DNA of 63,530 nt, filler included, from Lenisia limosa (GCA_001655205.1; 17 parts of 17 records of this genome joined end to end with filler, not necessarily neighbours in it), one strand, 5' to 3'; numbered from the whole stretch's first letter, positions 24,110 through 37,620 are shown. Notes: a model not told the origin generated them from the letters alone. Numbers and translations: made by a program.

Positions 24110-24868
24110 TTAGGACTTCATGATGTAATCAAGAAACTCATCATCGTTCATCTGGGGGTCGAACGTGGATAATTCGTTGTCAAAATCAATGTCTTCTAGC
24201 TCCATATCGCCAAACTACAGCGTGAGTTGCAGTGCGGTGTGGCTCATGTAATGTCGTAGAGCATGAAGGGGTCTAATTCATGTTTTTTGCAGTGAGAAGA
24301 ATTTGGAGCCTTACGCACAATAACAAACCTAATTGAAAACAACAACAAAGAATGTACCCACTTCAGGGAGGGTACTGGGTTCCCAAGTTACCTTGTTCTC
24401 TGTGCTACCCTTCTCATATGCCATCATGGCATCTGCCACCATTTGGTTGTCAACTGTATTGCGCATTTGTCCAAGCTGATAAAGTGAATAAATAAAACTC
24501 GAGAGATGGGAGGTATGTCAGTTATCACATCAGCCTTAAGACACACCTCAAAAGACTTGGCAGGGGATGCTACACTACGGGTTTTGAAAGATTGAGGTGA
24601 CATAAGGTTGGGACTTGTGAGCAGGGGTTGAACGCCAGTGAGGCTGACCTTGGGGGAGGGGGCGGGTAACAATAGACAACTTAGGAAACTTGGAGAACCC
24701 ATAGTCAGGGAAAATGGGAAATTTAAATATTAAACACTTTTCCATCCTGTGTACCCCCAACCTTGCTTGAAGTGGAGTCGAAGCTAGAGAATGTCGCGTT
24801 ATTGACAGGCTCCTTGCGCAAACCACTGAAACGTCAGAACTGTACTCTACAAAGATTTTGACAATCTG
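24110..24868 (-). CDS. C-terminal exons of a hypothetical protein with an acidic tail
   Basis: Last exon FGDMELEDIDFDNELSTFDPQMNDDEFLDYIMKS*, preceded by S/P-rich exons. Confidence 0.5.
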
Positions 24869-25012
24869 AGACTAATTATGATTAAGATGATATCGATTAT
24901 GATTAAGATAATATCGATCCTGTTAAGATGATATCGAATTATGATTAAGATGATATCGATCCTGAGACTAATAATGACTAAGATGATATCGATCCTAGAC
25001 TAATGATGGTTA
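24868..25012. repeat. ~25-29 bp minisatellite (aattatgattaagatgatatcgat)
   Basis: About five visible units. Confidence 0.85.
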
Positions 25013-25304
25013 ACGGGTGTTTAGTGCGACTAATCCCTTCTTTAAACCAATTATTAGTATCGGTGGGGAGATCGTTCATCAGTCCTCATACAAAAGCTAA
25101 ATTCGCTATCAATAAATATCCTTATATTATACATATCAAATGGCTAGAAATGATATCAGACATTCTCAAGTAATACATTTGCATAACGCTGATACCCCCC
25201 CCCCCATACAACTCGGACATAGGCCTGAGACCCTTCGGCTTCCTAATACCCATAAGTTTGAAGATGGGACAAAGCAGATAATTTCATATAAGATGGAGAA
25301 TGAC

Positions 25305-25403
25305 TAGGGCTTCACTTCGGTCAGAAAAAGACCTGCAAAATATCGATAGTTTTCGAGGATATATCGATAATTCAGTCTTTTTTCGAACCGAAGTGAAGCC
25401 CTA
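25305..25403. mobile_element. MITE family A copy
   Basis: Full TIRs; flanks agaatgac/ggaatcaa (5/8). Confidence 0.88.
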
Positions 25404-25661
25404 GGAATCAATTAAACTGTCTCATATGTCAACGCACTTTGGCTCGTAGTAGATTCTACGCCCTTTGCTGTCAGTTTTTCTGTTGCGGGCGGCGTGCATC
25501 ACAATTTCAAAGAACCGCTCCTCCGAAACTTGCGACAAGTCAATACAGTCCTGGGGGTGGGNNNNNNNNNNNNNNNNNNNNNNNNNNNNNNNNNNNNNNN
25601 NNNNNTTAATTAATTAANNNNNNNNNNNNNNNNNNNNNNNNNNNNNNNNNNNNNNNNNNNN

Positions 25662-27890
25662 CGTGAAAACTCAAAGACAAGCCTCACGGCCGGCTCGGGC
25701 ACCAATGTGACCACTCTCCTGGGCCGACCCTACAACCAATCCGACATCCGAACCATGGCCTCCAGCGGTTCTCAGAGCGAAGTTCCCATGTCCCCATTCC
25801 AAAAAGCGCGCCAACGTTTCAGCGATTCTGAGAAGATTGCAGAAGGCGTTGCCACTGAAAAAGTCGTTCTCCGAGAGCCTCCTCAGGCCACTCCGTCTCC
25901 TCCCCCTACCGCCCCCGCCGACATCGCCCCACCCGNNNNNNNNNNNNNNNNNNNNNNNNNNNNNNNNNNNNNNNNNNNNNNNNNNNNNNNNNNNNNNNNN
26001 NNNNNNNNNNNNNNNNNNNNNNNNNNNNNNNNNNNNNNNNNNNNNNNNNNNNNNNNNNNNNNNNNNNNNNNNNNNNNNNNNNNNNNNNNNNNNNNNNNNN
26101 NNNNNNNNNNNNNNNNNAAGCCGAGCCGCAACCGCAAACACAACCCATGGCTGAAACGGAGTCGACCGCTTCGTCGCCTCCTGTTGTCGTGGCTCCCCTG
26201 GCAATCAAACCTGTAACACAGGACAAACCTGAGGCCGTGCCGGTTGTGGAGTCGTCATCTGAGGATGAGGAAGACGATCTCTTAGATCAGTCCATAGACA
26301 TTCCGTCCCCTATCGTGATCGAAACTCCGTCGGCCCAATCCGCAGGGCCCACGCCGGAGTTACCCCGCAAAACCACCACCGAAATAGATGCCGCATTCAC
26401 ACCACCACGCCAATCGCGCGAAGATGCAAGATTGCGTATGGCGTCTGTGAGCCTCACAGCCTCCGCCACCGTGCCCACGCAGCGGACCGAGGAAATGGAC
26501 GAGTTTCTAGCCCGCCTCCGAGCCAAGCAGTTTGCCGAGCCGACAGTGCCGCCGGTTGAGCCGATTAAAGGTTGGTTGGCGTCCTCGGTATGTACTATAT
26601 TCAGTATACATTGACCTGGTATCTTGACCGATTTGTTGTGTGGTTTCCCAAAGAAAACAGTTGAAGACTTATCCCGGTCACTGTTTATTTTTTAAAATGT
26701 TGGTTCTCCATCTACATTACATTCAGATATCCCTGCTGTATGGCAAGGTCATATGATTTGTACTAGGGTTTCCCTACGGTCCCAAAAAAGACTGAATTTC
26801 TCAATACACCCTCGATAAATATAGATATTTTACCTGTCTTTTTCCCCTAACTGGTACATTCGCTCGACCTACCTTTGGAGATAGACTGGCTACAAAAAAA
26901 ATATATAAAGAGCTCATATTTCAAGCAAGCAGGAAAGACCTACCAAGTCAAAAATGCGTATTACATATGAGATATTATTGTTTTTAAAAGACACCCCCTT
27001 ACTCACTTCACCCTAGCCGAGTCCCCACCCCCTGAAGACACCTTAGATATGACTTTCACCTCACTTGCTAGCATTTTGCCTGATGCTTTGTCCCCCGAGA
27101 GCAAATGGTGGGTGTTTTGTGAGCTTGTAGTAATAACAAATACTCTGGGTGCTTTAGGAGCTTGTAATAATAACAAATACTGGGAGTTTAAGGGTGTATT
27201 GCAATAGCTTATATTAGCAAAATGAGGGTGTTTTAAGAGCAAATGTTTGATTAAAAAATAGCAGTTTTTTTTTTGAGGGAAATAAATAATATTCCTAGGG
27301 ATGCTGAGGAGGAGGCTCAGGAAACGAAGTCCAACCCCTCATCACCCCGGTCGGCTAACAAGCGGCGACGCAGCATTTGTGGCGCCAGCGCAATTGCGGT
27401 CAATAAAGCCCTTTCCAAGCTCTCCGTACTGGATGAGGTGCCCGGGCATTTATTGTAGCATCTGTCTTATTATTTTTGCAGTTTATTGCCTTTTTTTTCA
27501 AATTTTATTTACCCCCCCCCCCCTCCCCCAGTCTGATCGGGCAGCCGACCAGCAGCAATCTCCCAATATCCCCACTGCCCCCCAAACCCCCTCACAGCGC
27601 AGCCTTCTTATAGCCGAGTGCCAGGGCTGGCTCAAAGGTTGGGATGGTGGTGGTCATACATAATCCAATATCTCAACTGAATTTTTCGATATTTCCTCGA
27701 AAACTTGCGATATTTTATCTGTCTTTTTCGAACCGTAAACCAAAGCTTGACTATTTTATTTGTTTTTATATCGGAGATAACCCTCCAGAAACGCCAAGCC
27801 TGTCAGCGGAACTTGAAACCTCGGACCTTAGGCTCCATAGACCCCTTGATGAAGCGCATGTCTTCAGCTCCAAGTTCATGAATAAGGGTA
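25662..27890 (+). CDS. Pro/Ser/Glu-rich protein fragment, possibly PH-domain containing
   Basis: Long open exon 25662-26588 ending PIKGWLASS; later exons contain AECQGWLK and HVFSSKFMNK. The PH call rests only on the xGWL motifs. Confidence 0.5.
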
Positions 27891-27899
27891 TGGGGAATG

Positions 27900-28093
27900 T
27901 TTTGAGGATTTATTGATATTTATGAGGATTTATCGATATTTATGAGGATGAGGATTTATTGATATTTATGAGGATTTATCGATATTTATGAGGATTTATT
28001 GATATTTATTGGGGATTTATCGGACCGATATATATTGGAATTTATCGAGGATTTGTTTAGAATTCAATCTTTTCAAGACCTGAGGAAGACCTA
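27900..28093. repeat. 20-bp minisatellite (gaggatttat(c/t)gatatttat) ending in a degenerate MITE-B TIR
   Basis: About six units resembling the MITE interior (cgaggatttatcga), followed by atcttttcaagacctgaggaagaccta. Confidence 0.75.
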
Positions 28094-28856
28094 AGGATAT
28101 GGTTTTNNNNNNNNNNNNNNNNNNNNNNNNNNNNNNNNNNNNNNNNNNNNTTAATTAATTAANNNNNNNNNNNNNNNNNNNNNNNNNNNNNNNNNNNNNN
28201 NNNNNNATGTTATTGTATACTCTTCCAAAATAGCTCAAGACTAATACAAAACGAAAAAATGTAAAAATTTAATATTCTACAACTACTAAAAACTTCTCTG
28301 TGTTTGAGCGGTCTGGTTCGGTCAGGACCGGAACAGACCGCAGGGAACCACTAATGAATGGTTCCATATGATAAATTATACATACGAAAATAAGTGGCCA
28401 AATAACCGAAACCAATCAAAACCAATCAGGAGTGGGAATATTTTGGTTTATACAGTGCACTTCTACTTTGTTTTTAAGAATATATGTAAATAGTATTCCA
28501 ACAGTCTTTTTGCGACAATTGAATAAATCCTCATTTTATAAGAATAGGGGGAAACAACACGCAAGCAAACTGTAACCAAACCCCAACACTTATTCCAAAT
28601 GATCCTGTTTCAGCAAGAACGTTGCTGTATTCATCCAGTATTTTGACATGAATTGCCTACATTGGTTATAAAAAAACATAAACGGAAAAGTAACACAGTA
28701 ACATAGCTCTTAATTAAATAGCAAAAACTGTTAGCCCATAATCACTAGTGTTTTGATCATATGACCGACTTACGAGTCGAATTGATGAACGGAGATAACA
28801 CGAAGATTCCTCACGAGTGTATCTGAGTATCACTAATATATTGTAGACTTTTACAG

Positions 28857-29033
28857 ATAAAGCATTTGCAAAAACTGACGCAATTGTTCGCACAGCTGCT
28901 CTTCTTGATCTCACGAAACTCAAGAAAGCTAAATTTCCCAAGAATGGAAGAATGGGCATGCCAACACCCAGACCGTGTTGGCCCTAACAACCCCACCGAA
29001 GCTTTCCTCCAATGCGATGCCAAGAACTGTAAC
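28857..29033 (+). CDS. Exon of a hypothetical protein ending in a Cys motif
   Basis: AG/GT exon IKHLQKLTQLFAQLLFLISR...EAFLQCDAKNCN. Confidence 0.3.
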
Positions 29034-30439
29034 GTATGCTTGCTGTGTCCCCATTATACGCTTTAAAATGGTGGTTTCATGTTAGGTATTCCTCGGGAAT
29101 GGCATGGGGCAAGAGGGACGAACGAGACATAGCCAAGTGAGAACCGAGGAACCTACTCAAGGTGGTGGTTTCATGTTGGGTATCTCACTATATACGCTTA
29201 ACTTCCATTATTCATTAACAGAAATCGACAGATGAGGGTAAATACTGCATGTATCAACTTTCCAAGAGTTTACCTGGTCGGGGTTGAAGAGCATCATAAT
29301 CAAGTATCGCGAAGGGCTCGGGATATGATGATAACGAAGATCCGCTGCTTGACTGGAGACTTTAGAGTACAATACTGTAAAATAAAACCACTAAGAGACT
29401 TACAGGGGAGGAGAGAGGCTTGAGGAACCTTTGAGAAAAGAAAAGAAAAAAAACCACAAGTCGCTTCTGAACACTCTCGGATTCTCTATTATATGCTTCT
29501 ACTGGCTAATCACCGGATTAAACTAGGAAAGAGGAAATTTCGAGTTGTTCAGAGAGCATTTAAGGTTGGCGCCAGCGCGCCAATTCCTTTTGCTTAGAGA
29601 ATTCTCGATTTTGGTCCTCTTTTTTTAGTTTTGCATGATAATTAGTTAATAGAAGCATATTCAAAAACATGAGTGGTATTCATGAAGCGATTAGCGTTTT
29701 TGTTGTCTTTTTCCGTGGAGTAACTCGTGTCTCTTACCCCCTCCTCGCCTCTCTTTGTAGTTTGATGGTGCAGATTAGTACTTTAGTGTCATTCCTGACA
29801 AGTATTTGCTCTTATTCGTGACCACCCTGCCCCATGCCTTTCGCAATCCTAAGGTTGACAAATGTATTTTGTTTTTTCACAATTTAATTGGCTCATCTGT
29901 TGATTTCTGTGAACGAATATAGCTGTGAGTGGTCAAATTATGTTCAATCCCCCAAAAAAAAAATGGCCTGACCACCACCTTAAACACAAAATAAACCAAT
30001 TATTGAGCAAATTCCTGTACTTGTGTTGTTTCCTCAAACCTATCCTTGTTTTATTTCTCCCCTCCATTATTGCTCTTTTAATGTTGTAGACTACTGTTCG
30101 AAGCCTCCAGGACGCTGAAAATGAAGCTCCCCCACCCCCTCCCTTCTCCCGATACTTATCCCGAGACTCCTCCCAGACCTTCAAGGAAGAGAGGTCCTAT
30201 TGACTACGCTCCCCGGTATGTGCGAAATCTCGTTTGAAAGATTTTAAGGACACCATAAATGTCATTCCGTGTTGAAACTTGTAACATCTCTTCCAAAGCT
30301 CTTGACCCCAACGGCCCGGCTATCTGCCTTAAAGGAGGGCGATTATCATTTTCATTTTCTTTTTTTATGCAATGTATACATGTATATCCTTTCAAATAGT
30401 ATATTCCGTTCTCTTTTCAGTCATCTACATACAACCCAT

Positions 30440-30472
<33 letters not shown>

Positions 30473-31089
30473 CGATATATATATGCATGAACGGCTAGGC
30501 TAAACCCTATAAAACCCTATAAATCCCGATATTTTTATCAACTTTTTGAATACTATCCCTCAAAAAAACTTGGACATCAATAAAAACCAATAGAAATACG
30601 AAATAATGACCGAATGTAAAATTTCACACAAATTGCAGGAAAATTGGCACTCCGGGCCGGGCGCCCGGGGTCATTTACTAAAATAATCAGTTCAAAATCT
30701 TGCTCTTGTTGTTATTGTGGGATGTTCTCAAATTTGGAATTCAGTTGGTGGAAGTTTCATAACTTTTGCGATATTTTTGTGATTCGGACCCTGAAAGTTC
30801 CAGAAAGTTCCTTACTTGCCTAATTAGGAAAATAGGGCTTTGAAAGTCTAAANNNNNNNNNNNNNNNNNNNNNNNNNNNNNNNNNNNNNNNNNNNNTTAA
30901 TTAATTAANNNNNNNNNNNNNNNNNNNNNNNNNNNNNNNNNNNNNNNNNNNNGGGGGGGAGGGGGGGGGAGGGTAAGACAAAACCCTGAGATAACACAAA
31001 ATATCAGTGATGAAATAGTGAGGTAAATGGAAACTAAGAGCAATTGTTAAAAACACACACGTGAGCGAAAACATAAGATTGCAACAGTA

Positions 31090-33350
31090 TTACCATTTCC
31101 AGAACTTATGCCTTGGCTCACTTTCAACGGGGCAGTAAAGAGTTCCAACGCAGTGCTCTCAAAGATTTCAACCAAAACAGCTGAACAGGTTACTCGATAT
31201 GACGACATCCTTAGCCCCAGTTAAACTGCCACTACGCTACTATTCAATAGATCAATCCCCCCCCCCCCCNNNNNNNNNNNNNNNNNNNNNNNNNNNNNNN
31301 NNNNNNNNNNNNNNNNNNNNNNNNNNNNNNNNNNNNNNNNNNNNNNNNNNNNNNNNNNNNNNNNNNNNNNNNNNNNNNNNNNNNNNNNNNNNNNNNNACT
31401 GTGGGCAGCCGACTGGGAGGTCACGGAAGGTTGTCAAAGATGAATTTTTGCGTGAAGGTTAGAAAAACCAAATATATATTGAGAAAATCAAGGGCTAAGC
31501 CAACCTTTTTAATGTTGCCAAATAGGACGATATATGGCGTTGGAGCCAACTGTTTAAAAGAAGAGAGGTGGCACTCTGAGGGAGGTATTAGACTATCAAA
31601 ACCTTCATATATTAATACAATTTGCTTCTTTAAGACTCATATAAATCTCAAACTTGCTCTTTGACATCATCCCAACCAAAAAATCCTCTCTGGTACAACC
31701 TACCGCATATTCGGTCTTTTCAGCAGCAAACGCAGCTCGGAACTGGGTAACTACTTCGAAAAGAGAATTTCGATACTCTTCACTAGGAAGAGGATGAAAG
31801 AACGCAAAACAGAGAGATTAGAAAAACTTGGCCACGCATCTGATATGATATTTTAGTACATGTTATTCATAATACACGACGGAAAGTGAGCAAGAAATAG
31901 GAGTCATCGATGATATATAAAAGGGTGCCCTGAAAAAGTTTAATTATTTAGTAACATTTTAACATTTTAAGTTACATACCCTCAAACCTTAATTTCAAAA
32001 TATAGGTGTAGCTGTCATCAGTGGTAATGTCGGAGAAGCGCTGTGATATCCACACATTACAACTGAAAACAAGTAAAAAGACAATGTGGCCAAAACACCA
32101 AATGATTTGTTTGTGTTTTTCAACTTCCATAGGGAAAACAAACCTTGAAAGAAAAACCAAAGCCAATTCATCCGAAGGCCATCTTTCAAGGCGTCGGAGG
32201 AGGGATAGAATCTATAAAGCATTAAATTCATTGTCAAATGAAGAAAACAATAGAAACCCACCTCTAAAGCAGTTGGTAACGAAATCGGTGTTCGTAGCTC
32301 ATTGAGGAACTCTGCTTGAAGGATTCTCATCGCCTTTTGACATCGTGTAAACTGGATTAAGTCATAAGAGTTGAATAAACTGATAAAAGCATTTTGATAA
32401 AGACGCCCAGATTGGGTGGATAATTTTGATGAAAACTCATCAGATTGAACCCTTTTACTGATAGTCACATTCTTGATGCACACTACAAGATACTTCGCAT
32501 AAACAATGTGTATTTCTAAACTTGATCTNNNNNNNNNNNNNNNNNNNNNNNNNNNNNNNNNNNNNNNNNNNNNNNNNNNNNNNNNNNNNNNNNNNNNNNN
32601 NNNNNNNNNNNNNNNNNNNNNNNNNNNNNNNNNNNNNNNNNNNNNNNNNNNNNNNNNNNNNNNNNNNNNNNNNNNNNNNNNNNNNNNNNNNNNNNNNNNT
32701 TGAATCTTCTAAGGCAAGGGCAATTTTCATGTACTAAAGGATAACTAAAAAAGCACAATCATGACAACAGCAACATACCACACAGATTTAAATATTATAT
32801 AGAGATGTGACTTACTATTAGTTCAACGACAAGAATAATAAAACCCCTGTACTTTCTCTATTTCACCAGCTGTTGTGAGAACTTCAACTATTGCATCACG
32901 ATCCTTTTCATGTACCTCAATTTCACGGGTAACCTTTTCCTGAAAGATAATAAGTAAGATGTTTTACCAAAATGGGAATATCCATCAAATGAGTTTTATT
33001 TTATCATTTTTGCCTTCCCTTTTCTTTCAGTTAACACCCCCCCCCCCNNNNNNNNNNNNNNNNNNNNNNNNNNNNNNNNNNNNNNNNNNNNNNNNNNNNN
33101 NNNNNNNNNNNNNNNNNNNNNNNNNNAGAGAGAAGATCTTCAGCCTGTAATAGTGAAACTTTACAAAATTGCAACAGGATAACCCATATAAGTGAAGTTG
33201 ATAACAATACTCCCAATACATGAACATGTTTATGTAAGAGCAAGAGAGCCCCAGCTTGCTAACGATCTCGGCAATCTGAAGTAGAGCAGAACTATTTGAT
33301 AAAATCGAGGAATGGTGTGATTCTATGATTCCCTGAACATGTGTGCTCAT
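31090..33350 (-). CDS. Multi-exon hypothetical protein
   Basis: Open AG/GT exons EEYRNSLFEVVTQFRAAFAAEKTEYA, RFSDITTDDSYTYILKL and ...LFNSYDLIQFTRCQKAMRILQAEFLNELRTP. Confidence 0.4.
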
Positions 33351-33614
33351 TTTGGTACAAGAAAGGTTGAAAAAGACTCAAAAAAAGGGCTCAAAAACAA
33401 CATAACAGAGACTACGTTGTCACTCCCCCAGGTCTAGTGGATATTTCAAGACAATTTGGAAAATTCTCATCAGTTTTTCAGATTTGCAGATTTGACTTGG
33501 TAGTTGTGGAAGTTTAGATTTATAGCGTTGAGACATAGCTTAACCATTGAAAACTTTGATACCACTCTTTTTTTATCGTAAACTCGTTTTATAGCTTGAC
33601 ATTTGATTGTTAAA

Positions 33615-35259
33615 ATGGTCCAACATACTCTTGTAAGTGACTGCAGTTGTTTATGTTGGAAATACTGACTTTTAAGGTGATGATTGGCGGTGGAGGTGTT
33701 GGGAAGTCTTCTCTCACCGTCCAATTTCTTCATAACAAGTTCTTGAAGGTTGGTGATGTCGTTTTTTTTTGCTTTTTATGCCACCTATCTTCTTGTTATT
33801 TGACCGTGGTCTCATTTGTCTACGTTGTCCTAATTATATTCAGGATTACGACCCAACAATCGGTATGAAAGGCGGAAAGGGGTATTGTGACTGAATTCAC
33901 CCGTTTTTAATTTATTGAATTGGGGTTGACCATTTTTAGAGGAAAGCTACAGGAAACAAGTCGTTGTTGATGAGAAGGCTTGTGTTCTGGTCATTGTTGA
34001 TACCGCAGGGCAGGTTTGAAGGAGTTGATCTTTGGTGTAGACCGCGCCCCAGCCTCTTTCTCCTCTTACACTTTTTAGGAAGAGTTCCAAGCGCTTAGAG
34101 ACGAGGTTTGAACGCGATTATAATCTTACAAGTCACTTTCTCACAACCTAGACTGACTAACTATTGTAGCATATGGGAGCTGGAGAGGGCTTCGTGCTTG
34201 TGTATTCCCTCACGTCAAGAAGCTCCTTTGACGATGCTAAGTCGCTGCGGTCCCGTATCCTGCGCGTTACAGGCAAGGAGACCGTTCCTATTGCCCTAGT
34301 ATGGGGGAACGGCGGATATTAAGTCGGGCTATCTCCTTGAAACCACTGCCTGTTCCCAAAGAGCTTATTTCTGATTGAGTCATTAGACTTCTACTGTTTG
34401 TTTTTTTTTTTTGTTTTTAGAGTCCAGAGGCATCTTCTTCTTTTTTTTTCTTTTTTTTTCGGTAGCTCCTTGATTGGTGCCGCCAAAAGTGAAAGGACCA
34501 AACCAACAATTTCCCCTTGTTTTTCGTTTTTCATCTTTTTGTTGTATGTTCCCTTTCCTGTGTTATCGAGCAGGTACTCGTAATTTACCTCCCCTTATCC
34601 TTAATCGACCCATGCTATGCCCCTTAATTCTGAAACTCTGCCAAAGATCTTATTATTATTATTTTCTGTAGTTTGTAACAACATTAATTTCACTTCAGCC
34701 TACTTTATTTTTTTATTATTTTTTTTTTCTCACCGTTAGATTGGTAACAAGTTCGACCTTCAAGACTACAGAGAAGTGCCAACCAACGAGGGAAAGGCCT
34801 TGGCTTCTTCTTGGAGTGGGGGGGGGGGCAGANNNNNNNNNNNNNNNNNNNNNNNNNNNNNNNNNNNNNNNNNNNNNNNNNNNNNNNNNNNNNNGAGTCT
34901 TCATACTTTGGTTAACCCCCCTAATGCTTCATAGATTACGGATTTTTTTGGCCTTTAAACTTTCTTTTCTCACCCCTAGGTGTGCCTTTCTTGGAAACCT
35001 CTGCGAAGTCCAGGCTTAATGTTGATTCTGCTTTTTATACTGTTGGGGGGGGGGGCGTTCTGGAGAAGTTGAAATGTGATCGGACAAATCTATCCTCTCA
35101 CTTGTGCATACTCCAACTACTCTCTCAATTTCACTTCGATTCAATAGAATACTGGACAACAGAATTGCTTCTTCACTGTTGACTTTTTAGGTTGTGCGTG
35201 AAATCCGAAAGTCGAACGGCACTTACAAACAGTCCGGTGGATGCTGTGTGGTAATGTAA
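33615..35259 (+). CDS. ras: Ras-family small GTPase, complete, 9 exons
   Basis: Spliced: MVQHTLVMIGGGGVGKSSLTVQF...DYDPTIEESYRKQ...DTAGQEEFQALRD...GNKFDL...ETSAK...GGCCVVM*. All G boxes and a CAAX motif are present. Confidence 0.95.
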
Positions 35260-35495
35260 TTTATTGTTTCTTGGGGCTCCACCCAAGTTTGTTTTCTTAT
35301 GTTTTTGCTTTGTATTTCTAGTTCTAATGGTTTGTATATACAGACTTTTTCCTATCCCCCTTGGTCTGAGAAAAATACTCAATTGATGGGGGGGAGGTCC
35401 GCGGAGCAAGAAAATAGTCATGGGTATTGATAACATGATACTCTCACAATTCAAATGGTCTTATTGTAAATCAATGTTGAATCAAACCATGGGAA

Positions 35496-36400
35496 TTAGA
35501 GCTCGTCTTCCAAGTTCATCTCAACAGCTAATTGAGGTTAAAAAAGAAGTGTGTGAAAAAGGAAATAAATCTGCCCCTCCCCCCACGTTTGACGATTTCG
35601 GGGAAGCTCTTGACAGTGGAAATTCGAAGAGACTTATCCCCACGAAGAATGTTATCAAAGTGTGCCTTCACGCTGGTTTCAGTAAACGATGACACCATGG
35701 GGATGTACGCCTGCGTTGTAAAAGGGGAATACGATGGGCTGTAAGTAGGGACTTCGGTTCGAAAAAAGACTGTAGTAGATATACAACCCACTTTCTTGGA
35801 GGGCATAAGAGTTACGAACCCGGGGAAGTCGATGGAGAAGTCTGGCAGCTTTTCGAGGAAGGCGAATTGGGAAGGCCCATCAACCTGGTGGAGGAGGTCA
35901 AATGGTCAATTAGCCTTTGTGGGAGAAACAATAATTAAAATTAAAAAGAGGAATTGAAAAAAAAAANNNNNNNNNNNNNNNNNNNNNNNNNNNNNNNNNN
36001 NNNNNNNNNNNNNNNNNNNNNNNNNNNNNNNNNNNNNNNNNNNNNNNNNNNNNNNNNNNNNNNNNNNNNNATGCTAATCATTCTTTTGCCGTAAGTGGGA
36101 GTGAGCTTCTCCAAAAACGCCAGGGCCTTCTTGAAAGAGGCTATTGGGTTAATGACTGACTTGAAACGGATTGTGTGACATAATCAACGGACAAAAAGCA
36201 TGTGTGCTTTGACTCCATAGGATAGAGTACAGAATACAAGATTATATACCAGCCTACTTTGGTCAGGGTCAAGAGGGTCAAGAGCGGCAATACCACAGAA
36301 TCCTGGATGGTGAGTAACATTTGTGAAAACAACGGAAACAACCACCCCTACCTCTCTTTTCGCGCTTTTTAAGACAGAGTTCCTCAAACTGCTTCTGTGA
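35496..36400 (-). CDS. PDIA6/P5-like thioredoxin-fold ER protein, C-terminal part
   Basis: Exons GFCGIAALDPLD / FKKALAFLEKLTPTYGKRM / VDGPSQFAFLE...FPGFVTL / SFTETSVKAHFDNIL parallel PDIA6 CVVAVLP..EVLLKLADKYKKK..EAGAQ..YPAM..SFSEQGINEF; ends in the ER-retention-like EDEL*. Confidence 0.65.
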
Positions 36401-37022
36401 TTTCAACTCAATCAGCTCAAACTGGGGGAGGGGGGAGGGGGGTAAAAAAAAAGGGGGGGNNNNNNNNNNNNNNNNNNNNNNNNNNNNNNNNNNNNNNNNN
36501 NNNTTAATTAATTAANNNNNNNNNNNNNNNNNNNNNNNNNNNNNNNNNNNNNNNNNNNNGCTCCAGGGGGGCGGGCGGGGGGATGAGTCAAACAACTTGC
36601 CCGTCCCCTTAGTGGTTAGTAACTGTTTGATACGTTGTGTTATCTCAGGGTTTTGTTTCTCTCTTTTGTCGGCATTGTTTTACTCCCTCCCCCACTTTCC
36701 ATTTACTCCTTTGTTACCCCTCCGCTGGAGTGATGGGATGCGGTGTTGCAAAAGCGACTGGCCTGGTTTTTGTTTGTTTTGCTGTTCTCAACCCTCGTGT
36801 GTTGCTTGCCGGCTTTTTTGTTTCATACCTAAATTTTCCTATTTTACTCCACCTGGGCTTTATTTGTTTTGTTGTTTGCCCTCATGTATTGCTATTTGGG
36901 CTTTGTTTTAATTTCATACATTTTCCCATTTTACCCCCCCCCCCCNNNNNNNNNNNNNNNNNNNNNNNNNNNNNNNNNNNNNNNNNNNNNNNNNNNNNNN
37001 NNNNNNNNNNNNNNNNNNNNNN

Positions 37023-37570
37023 ATACCGGCACACCCCAGAGCCGGATCGCTCGAAGAGTCCTTCCTGGGATACCCGCCTATGGAAATCGAAGACGCCATC
37101 CTCTCAACGTTCCCCCACTTTGCCGGCGTGAAGGTCGAGGCTTTTAGCGTTTCCTTTGCTGATATTTGGGACGTGGGAAGTGGTTGACAGTTTTGTGATT
37201 TTATGGCTGTAAGTAAGGCTTCACTTCGGTTCAAAAAAAGACTGATTTTTTCGATAAATCCTCGAAAACTATCGATATTTTTGTGTTCTTTTTCGAACCG
37301 AAGTGAAACCCTAGTTATAAAGGAGGGACAATTTGTGATTTTATGGTTACGAGGGGGAGGGGAGGACATTTATATTTTTTTAGTCTCTCCTGAACCCCCC
37401 TCCCCTTGACATAATTCAACCCTTGTTTTTTTTCTCCAGCCCTTAGCATTATCTTCTCCAGCTCTTAACATCATCTTCTCCAGCCCTTAACATCTTCTCC
37501 AGCCCTGCTTACTATTTAGGAGTGTCTCCACTCGTTTGCGGTGCATTTTGCAGACTTTAACAGGTTACAG
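37023..37570 (+). CDS. Hypothetical protein exons
   Basis: ...EESFLGYPPMEIEDAILSTFPHFAGVK | ECLHSFAVHFADFNRLQ with GT/AG borders. Confidence 0.45.
37214..37313. mobile_element. MITE family A copy
   Basis: Full TIRs; flanks gctgtaag/gttataaa (5/8, all mismatches are transitions). Confidence 0.85.
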
Positions 37571-37620
37571 GTATGTGGTGATATGAAAGGCAGTTGGTTA
37601 CTGATATGGAAGGCTGGGGG

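Noticed and set aside
27900-28040. CRISPR-like array (also 24868-25012 and the palindromic MITEs)
   Set aside because: Units are head-to-tail with no unique spacers, there are no cas genes, and the context is eukaryotic.
30440-30485. (TA)n tract and other short tandem repeats (18555-18600, 37430-37510, 56890-56940)
   Set aside because: Ordinary micro- and minisatellites with no further structure.
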